NCBI RefSeq assembly: GCF_964204645.1
Contig: NC_134028.1
Location: 17,553,653 to 17,617,652, forward strand
Direction: 5' to 3'
Origin: Tubulanus polymorphus
Lineage: Eukaryota > Animalia > Nemertea
Length of the DNA: 64,000 nucleotides
This document shows, one piece after another, positions 12,571-23,400 of this stretch. The notes beneath the pieces were generated by a model. That model was not told the DNA's origin and searched no databases. It saw only the letters and a program-made list of their open reading frames with translations. The position numbers and the translations under genes are program-made. How positions within the stretch are numbered: position 1 is the first letter of the stretch; each line of letters begins with the position of its first letter.

Positions 12571-13850
12571 TTATTATATAAATTTTTATTAAAGTTAAAA
12601 TTGCAATACATAACACTATTCAATTGAGAATTTACAATATTTAATTGCGCGTCAGATATAATATAAATGTGCATTTTAAAATTTAGGCTTCCTTTTTTCT
12701 TTGTCATGCATAATTGTATTCCATCTTTAGTGTTTTGTAATTTTTTTCCAGAACCATGTAATGAATTATCCTCTATTGCTCTAAAATCTAACCATAATGC
12801 ATATTTATTGCCGGTATAATAATCAATTTGATTAATATTACAATTTTCAGATGATTTTACTTTTTCATTCATAAAATGTTTTCTAATTTCTGGCCATTGA
12901 TCAATCATTCTCATTCCTCGACAAAATATTTTATTTGCTATTCCTTCGATAGTTATTTCTACTTTTGTTATTTCAGGATTATAATACTTATCAACCTGTA
13001 TTGCACCATTAGAATATGTTGCAATGGTAAAAAATATTAATATACCTTTAATAGATCTTCTTGGGAAGTTAATATTCTCATTAATTATTTCATCATTTGC
13101 ATTGATAGTTACGGTTTTAAATTTATCAATATAATCATATAATAATGAAAATCCTTGATTGTATTTAGTTTGAATTATATTTGAAATATTTTCATCAGTT
13201 ACTGTATCATATTCTAAACATATATTCGATAATTTATAACTCATATCTTTAACAACGCTAGATAATACAATTTCATTTACAGGAGCAAATGTTATTTCGA
13301 ATATAACATCTTCTTGAATTGCGTATTTATATAAAGGCGCATTATTATTTATCAATTCAAAGTCTAATGGAATTTTATATTTGCTTCCATAAATCTTTTT
13401 TATCAAATTATCTGCAGTGCGAGTTACTATTGCGTCATTAGCTCCTGATCTTAATTTATTTTGGTTTTCTGATTGGATGCCTTGAAATATCATATTATTT
13501 CTATTTTCTTTAGTTAACCATAAATCTTTATAATGCATAAAAAAATTATAATCATCTAATGAGAAAACTGTTTCTTGACCAATCTTTATTGTTAATTTTT
13601 TAATCAAATACCTTCCAACATTATCAACAACATAATTATTATTATTACCGATTACTTTTATATAGGCTGATAAATAGATACTATTTGGAACATAAAAAGT
13701 ATTTTGTGTTAATCTCGGAATTCTAACATATAAAGTTTCATCGGGATTAATATTAGAAGGGTTATGAGTAATTATATGATGTGATCTTTCTGCTTTAATA
13801 GCATTAGATATTCTATGATTCTTAGAAGGATTGATATAACTCCCACTCAT
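12495..13850 (-). CDS. Major capsid protein (putative double jelly-roll)
   Basis: ~415-450 aa beta-rich protein with an NPSNINPDETLYVRIP start and IKKLTIKIG and YKIPLDF segments typical of Polinton MCPs; position in the element. Fold is inferred. Confidence 0.78.
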   Translation of the reverse strand: MSGSYINPSKNHRISNAIKAERSHHIITHNPSNINPDETLYVRIPRLTQNTFYVPNSIYLSAYIKVIGNNNNYVVDNVGRYLIKKLTIKIGQETVFSLDDYNFFMHYKDLWLTKENRNNMIFQGIQSENQNKLRSGANDAIVTRTADNLIKKIYGSKYKIPLDFELINNNAPLYKYAIQEDVIFEITFAPVNEIVLSSVVKDMSYKLSNICLEYDTVTDENISNIIQTKYNQGFSLLYDYIDKFKTVTINANDEIINENINFPRRSIKGILIFFTIATYSNGAIQVDKYYNPEITKVEITIEGIANKIFCRGMRMIDQWPEIRKHFMNEKVKSSENCNINQIDYYTGNKYALWLDFRAIEDNSLHGSGKKLQNTKDGIQLCMTKKKGSLNFKMHIYIISDAQLNIVNSQLNSVMYCNFNFNKNLYNKWKEVKYINIFHTSMHMKIMMVYIM

Positions 13851-13889
13851 TTATTTAACAAAAAAAATAATTATTTATTTTTAATCATG

Positions 13890-15338
13890 TTTACTTGATA
13901 TTTTTTGATATCATGTTTACTAGCCCAAAAATAATTGCACTTACAACTGTAATTAAAAATAAAATAATATGTTCAGCAGCAAAGTTAATAATGTTTCCTG
14001 CAGTTTTTAATATAAAACCAACAATTGATGCAATAACTCCTGGTAATGCTGCAGCAGATTTCTTTGATAGTTCCCATAAATATTTTGCTAATTTCTGTAA
14101 ACCATCCTTAACTTTATCTTGTATAGAATTATTATCTGGAGGTTTATCTGGTTTATTGGGAGTAGGAGTAGATTTCAGTGAATTTGTGATGCTAAACCAA
14201 TTGTTGTAAATAACATAGTTACAGCTGTTAGAATTGAAAGAATTGTTATTCCTTCAAACTTAAATAATAATTTTATTCTATCTTTTAGTGATATTTCAGA
14301 ATCTGGTTTTAGTATTAACTCTTTAACAACAACTTTTAATCTATTAATACAATAATCATATGATTTTAATAATAATTTCATTTTTTCTTTCTGAAATTCT
14401 GTTATATTCGAAATCATCAATTTCTTTTTCTAAATATGCATTTCTTTTTTTTTAAATTCAATATCTTCAATAACTTTAAATTCTCTATCTAATTTTAATT
14501 GTTCTAATTCTTTTCTGGTGTCAAATAATTTATTTTCTAAAGGTTTAATTTTATTATATCTAATATGTTTTTCGCGCGCAATTTTATCAGCTTCATTTCG
14601 TACACTTATTATTTCTCTAATTGTTTTTTTAGAAAACATACTTAAAAATCTGTTGAATCAAGTAATCCCTTCGGTAAAAGTTTTTCAGTTTGAACTTCAG
14701 TGTTTGATTTAAGTTTACTAGTTTTGGAAGTTTTATTCTGTTCAGAAGTTGTTTCTGTTTTTGGATTATCTTTGATTGTTTCAAATAATTTTTCAATTCT
14801 TTGTTTAAAATACTCTTTCATTTTTAATAATTTCTTCTTGTGTTACATCTTCTGGTTCATTACTATTTCTTATTCATTTAATTTTAGATAGGTTTAAATT
14901 AAGCAAAGTTGATTTTGCTAATATTTTGTCTTGATTTTTATAAATGATGTTAATATAATAATCATCTTTCAATTTATAATAATATTCACCATCTAAAAAC
15001 TTTAATTTTTTTACTAAAAGTCTGGCGCCTCTATCATTTATATTATATCCAGAATCTTTAAATACATCTTGAAACTTATACATAAATTCATAATTTTCTA
15101 TATTTTCTCTTTCTAAACCTGGGTCTAAATTTTCAATAGGTATTCTCGATCTATTTCTTCTAATATATTCCTCTGTTGATGGGGCTTTAGAACCACTATC
15201 TGCTAAATTAGAATTATATGTTGTATCATTATCATTATCAACATTAGTATCAGCAGTCATATAATCATCATCGTTAGTATTGGCATCATTATTATTTCCC
15301 CTGTTTTCCATTTCATAATCTCCTCCACCTTTTGCCAT
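13890..15338 (-). pseudogene. Coiled-coil protein with C-terminal membrane helices (copy B, frameshifted)
   Basis: ORF pieces 14874-15338, 14430-14639 and 14175-14420; tail homologous to 58690-59100. Confidence 0.75.
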
Positions 15339-15354
15339 TTACATAATAAAAAAA

Positions 15355-16680
15355 TTAAAATTTAAAATATAATATTCCTCCGATTACAATTCCTATACAA
15401 GTTAAAGCTAATTTAGTATTTTCATGGGATTTATTATCATCATTTAGTTTAATTATATCATGTTGAATGTTATCAGTTTCTATATTTTCTCTAGTATTGT
15501 AATCTTTTATTTTAGAATCATTATTTAATTTAATATTATTAGTTTTAGTTTCTGTTGATTGAATATGTTTTTTATTTTTTTCACCTTCCATTAATTTTGG
15601 AGCAGTAATAATCTTTTTATTTATATCATTCAATCCAAATGAATTATTTATTGTTGCAGTTTTAATTAGATTATTATAACCAATTATGTTTCCCATCTTT
15701 AATACTAAATCATTAGAAATAATGAATAGATTAGGGCCTATACAATAATTTAATCTAATATGTGATTTATCTAAATAATTTTGATATCTTACAATGTTTT
15801 CTGGAATCGATCTATTTTTATCACTATGAATTGAATCTTCAAATAATACTTTGAATTGTTTCTGCGCATCGAATGAAGTGTTATCATTTCCAATTATTGG
15901 GGATCCTGTTTCAACTTGCGCACCTAAAATACAAATTAAATAAGTTCTAATAGATTGGTTTATTCTTTGTATTCCAGCTTTAGTAAAACCTTCACTATTT
16001 TCTAAAATGAAATTAACCCAACCATTATTGTTTTGTTGTTGTATATTATTATAATATTTTGGTAATTCATTCCAATTTAGTGTTCTTATATCTGAATTTG
16101 TCATTATTTTTCCAAATTCTTTAGCATACAATATTCCTAATCCACCCATTGTTCCAATTTTTGCTCTAAAATCTTTATTTGAATTAATATTAAATTCATT
16201 ACATATTTTATAAAACTTAGAAAAATTAATATTATTATTCAATTCTTTAAAATATTTTGAACCTGGTAAAGGACATTCTAATTCATCTAATAATAATTTT
16301 ATTTGAAAATATGTATGAAATCTAAAAAGTGATAACATCAATGGTAAACTTGGTTTGTTTAAATGATCATTCCAATTAATTCCGCATCCTGTTGTTGCGC
16401 AATAAACAGCAAAGTTTAATTGGTTCTGCCAATACTTCATATTAGATTTTAATAACCATTGTTTTGCCTCATTTAAATTTTTGAAATTAATTGTATACAC
16501 ATGAAATATATTTTCCATCTTTACATGAAAATTATTACTTTCAGTAACATAAATATATAAATCAATTAATGAATCTAAAACTTCATTTCTATATGTAATA
16601 TCTTTATTAAAATCTATTGCAGGAATATTATATTTAATTGATTTATTATATTGGAAAGCTTTTGGAAAACTATCTGCCAT
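15355..16680 (-). CDS. Polinton conserved 441-aa protein with C-terminal TM helix
   Basis: Intact ORF; YWQNQLNFAVYCATTGCGI motif; LALTCIGIVIGGILYF tail; present in all three copies. Confidence 0.8.
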   Translation of the reverse strand: MADSFPKAFQYNKSIKYNIPAIDFNKDITYRNEVLDSLIDLYIYVTESNNFHVKMENIFHVYTINFKNLNEAKQWLLKSNMKYWQNQLNFAVYCATTGCGINWNDHLNKPSLPLMLSLFRFHTYFQIKLLLDELECPLPGSKYFKELNNNINFSKFYKICNEFNINSNKDFRAKIGTMGGLGILYAKEFGKIMTNSDIRTLNWNELPKYYNNIQQQNNNGWVNFILENSEGFTKAGIQRINQSIRTYLICILGAQVETGSPIIGNDNTSFDAQKQFKVLFEDSIHSDKNRSIPENIVRYQNYLDKSHIRLNYCIGPNLFIISNDLVLKMGNIIGYNNLIKTATINNSFGLNDINKKIITAPKLMEGEKNKKHIQSTETKTNNIKLNNDSKIKDYNTRENIETDNIQHDIIKLNDDNKSHENTKLALTCIGIVIGGILYFKF

Positions 16681-17131
16681 TTATATAACTAAAAAATTCA
16701 TAATTATCTAATTCTTTTAATAATTTATCTTGTTCTTCAACTGTTATATGGCCATTTAAACTTATTATATAATCTAGTGTATTCTTTAATTTATTAATTT
16801 CTTTTATATTCGTTTTAATTTTTTCTTTATTACTTTTTATATTTAATTTTGAACTTATACCAGTTAATACACTTGAACTTAATCCTAATACCCCAATTGA
16901 TATAGCTAAAGGTGTTAATGGACTGAATATTGCTAGAAATGTTATTACAGAACTAATTGTAACCGAACCACTTATAATCAAATAATATATAATTTTAGAT
17001 TTTAAATATTTTTTCTTTTTGATTTTTAAATCACTTTCAAATTCTTATATTTGTTTTTCTAAATATATTTTCAATTTAGTTTTACTGATATCATGATGAA
17101 TAATATCAATATCATCAACTTTATCATCCAT
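16670..17131 (-). pseudogene. Two-TM small protein (premature stop near 17046)
   Basis: TAAATG start at 17131; hydrophobic IISGSVTISSVITFLAIF and LAISIGVLGLSS segments. Confidence 0.7.
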
Positions 17132-17151
17132 TTATTTAGCAAAAAAAATTA

Positions 17152-17574
17152 CTAATTAGTAAACTTATAAGCAACAAATATAACAATAACTGTTCCACCT
17201 AAAATCCATATTATTTCATATTTCTGTTGTTCATTACTTGGGGTATAATAATCTGATAATTTAGGTTTATGTAGATATAATTTTTCTTTATTGTTTACCG
17301 CGTTATATAAACTCATTGCATCATCAACTGATTGAAAATCTCTATGTGAAATCTTCTGATCATATAATTCTTTGTTAATATAATCCATATAGTTTTGCCT
17401 CTTTTCTCTGTATTCTTCTGCTGATTTATTATATTTCTCTAATGCTAAGTTATGTCTTTTTTGTTCTGTTAATGATCCATTTTTATCAATATGCTTAAAT
17501 AAATAACCGCCACCAGTAAATGCTAAAGCGTTAACAATTGCCGATCCTATAATAGTTATAACTGCAGAAGCCAT
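17152..17574 (-). CDS. 140-aa protein with hydrophobic N- and C-termini
   Basis: Intact; IIGSAIVNALAFTGGGYLF, EQKRHNLALEK, WILGGTVIVIFVAY; conserved in three copies. Confidence 0.8.
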   Translation of the reverse strand: MASAVITIIGSAIVNALAFTGGGYLFKHIDKNGSLTEQKRHNLALEKYNKSAEEYREKRQNYMDYINKELYDQKISHRDFQSVDDAMSLYNAVNNKEKLYLHKPKLSDYYTPSNEQQKYEIIWILGGTVIVIFVAYKFTN

Positions 17575-17598
17575 TTATTTAGTAAAATGATTACGCAT

Positions 17599-17820
17599 TT
17601 ATATAGGAGGAATATATTTTTGTTTTTCCAAATAATCAATAGTTAAATTAGATAAAGTAACTGCTAATGTTAATTTTAAAATATCATTTATATCAAATCT
17701 ATCAACATTAACACTTCCCATTTTAAATACTTTTTTTAATACCATTGAATAACCAACAGTTCCAACTGATAGTAATGCTCCATTATATAATCCAGTTATT
17801 ATCCACTTATTATCACTCAT
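17599..17820 (-). CDS. 73-aa hydrophobic protein
   Basis: Intact and nearly identical in all three copies. Confidence 0.8.
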   Translation of the reverse strand: MSDNKWIITGLYNGALLSVGTVGYSMVLKKVFKMGSVNVDRFDINDILKLTLAVTLSNLTIDYLEKQKYIPPI

Positions 17821-18165
17821 TTATTTATCAAAAAAATTACTATCATCAAAATATTTAGTTATCTTATTTATGATTAATTCAACATTTATTTCATTACTAG
17901 TTTCATTTGTATATATTTTAATTATTATTTTTTTAATATCATCGATGATAAAATCTTCATCTAATTCATAAAATCTTAAAGATTCTCTAATTAAATTAGT
18001 AATTAAAGTTTCTTTATCTATTGTTGTTTCATACTCAAATGTTGTTTTATTAGAAAATGTAATATTTTTGATATGTGTAATTACATCATTAACGTTAAAT
18101 TTCATTTCTTTCTCACGTTTAAAATCAAATCCAAAACATATGCTCGGCCCAACAGTTATATTCAT
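17821..18165 (-). CDS. 114-aa protein of unknown function, variable middle
   Basis: TAAATG start; ends conserved with 3591-3926 and 62661-63015. Confidence 0.7.
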   Translation of the reverse strand: MNITVGPSICFGFDFKREKEMKFNVNDVITHIKNITFSNKTTFEYETTIDKETLITNLIRESLRFYELDEDFIIDDIKKIIIKIYTNETSNEINVELIINKITKYFDDSNFFDK

Positions 18166-18181
18166 TTATACAATGAAAAAA

Positions 18182-18939
18182 TTACTCTCTACATCTTATA
18201 ACTAATTCATAAATTACAGGAAAGTTATTCAAATCAATTAAATATCCATTGTGATTTCTTATTTCTAATTTAAAATTATTAAATTGAGGAATACAAGGTT
18301 TAAAATCACATTCTGTTAAATTATAATTTATTCGAGTTCCAAATTGTTTAACATTTTTAGCGGTAAAATATTTAGTATACTAGAACTACAAATTGTTTCT
18401 TTAGTTGCTTCAAAAGTTTTTGTAGGCTCGATTAAATTGCAATAAATATAAAAGTGTGTAAAAGGTATTATATTTGAATTACCATCTACGTTTCCTGTAA
18501 CGGTATCTGGTACAATTCCTAACAGTTGAGCTATAGGTTTTTTTACCATAAATGCATGTTGACTTTCATCATATACCTTTATTTGAATTTTATTTGTGCT
18601 ATCACTTTTTATAAATCTAATTAAAAATTTATCATCTCTTATAATTTTCAACCATGGTCTACGATTAATTTCTTGAGCTAATGTTTCTAATTTATATAAT
18701 CCTGCTTTTAAAATTAGATGAAACCATTTATCTACATTTCTAATATGAATTAAAGCAGTATTATCTTCAATAGTTTTACCCGATATATTATAAAAAGAAT
18801 TACATAAACTTATATTTACTAATTTTAAATCTACACAATTCTTGAATTCTCTATCTAATTGTACTAGTAAATTATGAGATTTATAATTTGTAAGTTTTCT
18901 AGAATCAACAAATATTCTGTATTCTTTTAATTCCGCCAT
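18182..18939 (-). pseudogene. Minor capsid (penton-like, single jelly-roll) protein, frameshift near 18350
   Basis: LKLVNISLCNSFYNI, GLY..ETL..EIN, AQLLG, FYIYCNLI, ILNILP and, in the shifted frame, IDLNNFPVIYELVI: the Polinton minor-capsid pattern. Confidence 0.72.
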
Positions 18940-18956
18940 TTATTTTACATATTTTC

Positions 18957-20454
18957 TTATTCGAAATCTATTTCATGGTGCCCCTTTTCATTCTTACCTT
19001 TGTATACGAAATAGAAATCACCAGAACATAATTCTTCTAAAGCTTCACTTGATAATCGGTGTTGTCATATCGCGGAAAGACGGAATCGCGGAATTTTCCA
19101 AAAACGCGGAATTTCTTAATTTTTACTATAAATAGAAAACGGGTTTTCCCACGGGGATACCCACTGTCGGACAGGGCACCGGACCGATTGATGCAACGAG
19201 TTAGGTTCGAGTCCCATTATTTGCAGGCAATTTTATAAGGAATTATTATATTACGATACCGTCGACTGGCTGCCACCTGTAGAAGAAGTCAGAATCAAGT
19301 GGGGTGAAAGAGACCAGGCACCTAATGTCTATTTCTACTGGGCAAACTTCGGTTATCGAAGTTCATCGACTTTTTGAGAACTTCAGAAACGAATATTATC
19401 AGATAAATATTGAGCACGTTCGCGGTGTCGGACCGTAGTTGTAGATGGTTGCAAACATGAAATCCTACGACCAAACAAGTACCGGTTCAAATTCCTTCGT
19501 CAAATTCGTCCAGTACCGGTACCAATAAGATTCTTTTGATCCAAATAATCAGCATAGGAACATATATGTTATAGCAGTCACAAAGAAAACATTAAAAAAA
19601 CGAAACCATTTTATAATCTTTCATATCTTTTAATTCTAAAAGATAAACCACATTCGCTTATAACAACAATGTAGACACACAACACGCATGAACAATCCTA
19701 AGCCAGAATGAAATATACATAAAGTCTATTTATTTTCGTCTGACATTGATCCAGTTCCACAGTTGTGAGTTAACTCTGAGTTACTTAGAATCAATTCATT
19801 TCCAATGTTTTAAATCCAGAGACCAGAGTCAAATCTTAACTCGGAACAGAGTCCTGGAGAATGACCCATGGTGTCATCACAAATCCTACGTTTACGTACC
19901 ATTGATTTGTATTCCTTCAGTTAATGCAGCGATACTCTGTATCACTGAATTCGCAAAGCGCGTATTGCCTAGGTTTTACATTATTTGGAACAGTATCGTT
20001 AAGTTGTTGACTGGCGATATAATAAATTATCAAATACTAATTCCCGGTGTTGAAAACCTGGGTCCGATGCCCTGCCCGACAGTGGGTATCCCCGTGTGGG
20101 AAAACCCGTTTACTATTTATAGTTAAAATGAAGAAATTCCGCGTTTTTGGAAAATTCCGCGATTCCGTCTTTCCGCGATATGACAACACCGCTTGATAAT
20201 CTATGAAATCTATCCGGTAAATATGTTCTGAATTTATATGTATTTCCTTTTAATCCTTCATATTCTAAGTGTATAACTAATTTATCTCCATATTTGTTAG
20301 TAACTCTATCAATATTTGTAATTAGATATTTCTTATGGATTATTAATTCTTTTAACTTCTTAAATTTATAATCTACTGATTTGACATTTGAAGTATCTTT
20401 TATTCTATCTAGAAATGATTTGTTGTTCTCACTGTGCGCTTGTTTACTCGCCAT
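18957..20454 (-). pseudogene. ~117-aa gene downstream of pPolB (possible OB-fold ssDNA-binding protein), interrupted by a MITE
   Basis: Removing 19057-20200 restores ...YLPDRFHRLSSEALEELCSGDFYFVYKGKNEKGHHEIDFE*; empty site in copy C at ~63745. Function is inferred. Confidence 0.65.
19057..20191. mobile_element. Non-autonomous DNA transposon, ~130-bp TIRs, 9-bp TSD (Mutator/MULE-like)
   Basis: TIR CGGTGTTGTCATATCGCGGAAAGACGG...; TSD CTTGATAAT at 19048-19056 and 20192-20200; a single copy of the 9-mer in copy C. Confidence 0.92.
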
Positions 20455-20483
20455 TTATAATGCATATTTTTATTAAAATTTGA

Positions 20484-23400
20484 TTAACACGTTAGAATTC
20501 TTTTCATTATCTCGTTCTCTTTTGTTTCTTCTCTTTTAAATTTTAAGTATTCATCTAAATTACAACCATAAGCAACTGTATGAATTCCATCATCCAGAAT
20601 ATATCTTTTATCATCAAATGGGTTTAGACTTATCTTTTCAATTTCTTCAATAAACATTTCATGATCTTCAGATCTTAAACTTCTCATCTTATGTTTTCTA
20701 ACTTCTTCATTGAATATACAATTGATGTAATCTTTGAAATGAATATTCTTTTCTACTACACTTTTGGTTATTCCTTTTAACTTTTTAGCTTCATGTTCTT
20801 TAGTTTTATATGAATACATTTTAGATCTAATACCGATGAATTCAATCATTTCTTCGCCACCTAATTCATCTTTGAATTTACCGGGAACTTTTTTATTATC
20901 ATTGCTAAACAATTCATGATTTTTAGGATAATTACTAAAATCAAAATGATGTTTTAATGTTTTTAAATCATCAGTTATGTTATCAGTTTTTATCTTTAAT
21001 ATGTAAGAATCTCTATCAAAATATAATATTTCTATATGTTTTTCTCCAAAAAGTGGTTGTAATACATTATAATAGAATTCATACATTAGTAATTTTGATA
21101 ATTCTAAAACTGAAGCGCCAACATAGATTGGCTTATTAAATTTCATTGATGTTCTTCTCATTTTAACTGCGGCTAAATTTTCATCAAATATTCTGTTACC
21201 TATAAATTTAGGATATGATTGTAAATGCCTTATCCTTTTACCATTACTGACTAACTCAATATCATTTCTATTTCTAATATTTTCACAAGTCTTACCATAG
21301 AATGCATTATTCATTAACTTGAAGAAATCTTTCTCGAAATCAGTTTTAGCTTCAGTTCTCTGTTTGGTGTTAAAATCTATATATTTTTCTAACCACTTAG
21401 ATTGACTGAATGAAATATATCTATGTACTTTTTTTAGGATCATTCCTTGTTTTAGATAAAACTTTAACATTCTATAATGTACTACATAATTAAATTTATC
21501 TTCTTGAGTTACCATTAACTTTTCTGTATGAATATGATTTTCAGGTATAATTATTTTTTGGTAATTTGATAATTCTTCATGAGTTACAGTTTTATGTTCT
21601 GGACAGTAAGCTAGATTTCTAGATTTAAATTTTTTATCTTCAGGATATTCTAAATCTACAACAAAGAAGTAACCAGTATCTGAATCATCTGCAATATCTA
21701 GAATTCTTTTGATCCAATCAAATTTGTCATTATTTTCATGTTGTAAAACTTCACTTATTTCAAATACTCCATAAGGTTGTGGTTCCATCGTTGCCCAACC
21801 ATACAAATTATTTGCATCTATATATAATAACTTATATCCAGGATTATCATTTACATTGAAATATCTATCCCCTAATACACCTGAAACTCCTCCTCTTATA
21901 GATTTTTCAAATAATAGTAATTGATCTATATTTGTTAACAAATCCATTTTTATATCTGTAAATTTTAATCCACAATCCCATGTTAATCCTGGTGATGAAT
22001 AACAATGACAAGGATCAATATTAAAATATTTTAGGAATACATCTCTAAACCTTTCGAATATATCGGTTAATAATAATACATCTGATTTTAAATATAAATC
22101 TACTAATTGCCCATGATTTTCTATTTTGAAATGATTCCAAATATTCAATGTTCTATTATATACTTCATCTTTAACATATTCATTTTTTAATTCATCATAG
22201 AATTGTTCTTTTAATAATTCAGTTATATTAAAATCATTATGTGATTTATAAAATGAATATGGAATTGCACCTTTATATCTCATTAATTGAAAATCATCAT
22301 TATTTGGGTAGTGTTGTTTTAATATTTTCAATTCATCATCAACTAATGATTTTGATAAGTTATCTAATGAACTATTTAAAAATCTATATGAATCTATAAA
22401 TCTTAGACACCCAAATTGGAATGATATATAATTCTCAGATGTTTTAGCTAACATTCTAAATTTATAAGTTGGTATTTTATCTTTTGATCTATTTGAATTT
22501 AATATTTCTATTTCATTATTGATTTCTTCTATTTTATGACATAACTGTTTGATAAATAAATGAGCATCATATCCTGATAGATTATGAAATATAACTGGTA
22601 CAAAGTTAATTTTCTTAGCTTGTAAGTTACAATTCTCATGTGCAGCGCCTCTAATCTTTCCATTCAAATGATCATGGTCTCTTACTTTTTTATCTTTATA
22701 ATTAAATATCGTTTCACAATAATAACATTTATCTGTAAATACAAATTCTTCTTTATCTTCTTCTGTCATTATAATTTCTATATTTGTATTCAATAATTTA
22801 CTAAATCTTATTTCATATTCAATTAATAAGTCACAAAAATGATTGATAACATTTTCATTTCTATAATCATAATATTCACTTTTAATTAGTTCTGGATAAT
22901 CAGATTTAATATATAACCCGAAAGCAGCAGCTGATTGATGAATCTTTTTAATTGTATTTGTTATTGGTGGTTCATCTGAAAAATCATTTTCATTAGAATT
23001 TAATTTCTTTCTTTTATAATATATTTCTTTTCAATCTTGATCAGTTAGTTCTTTATTTAATGATTCAAAATCTCCATATATTACAAATGGTACTTTATTT
23101 TTGTAATCATATTTTTTGAATTCTAATATTTTATCCTTTTCATTTGGTAAAACTAATTTACAATAATCATGATTTTCACATAATTGTTTATGATTTATTA
23201 ATGTACTTTCATTACTGAATCTATGTAAACATTTTCTACAAAGATATATTTTATGGTGATCATTTTCTGATTTAAAAAATAAATCGATTTGTTTAATCCA
23301 CATATAATGATTCTCATAATATAGTATATCTATAACATCATTTGAATCATAATCTTTTGATAGATATAAAGGTTCTAATGTATAATGTTTAATATTGTTA

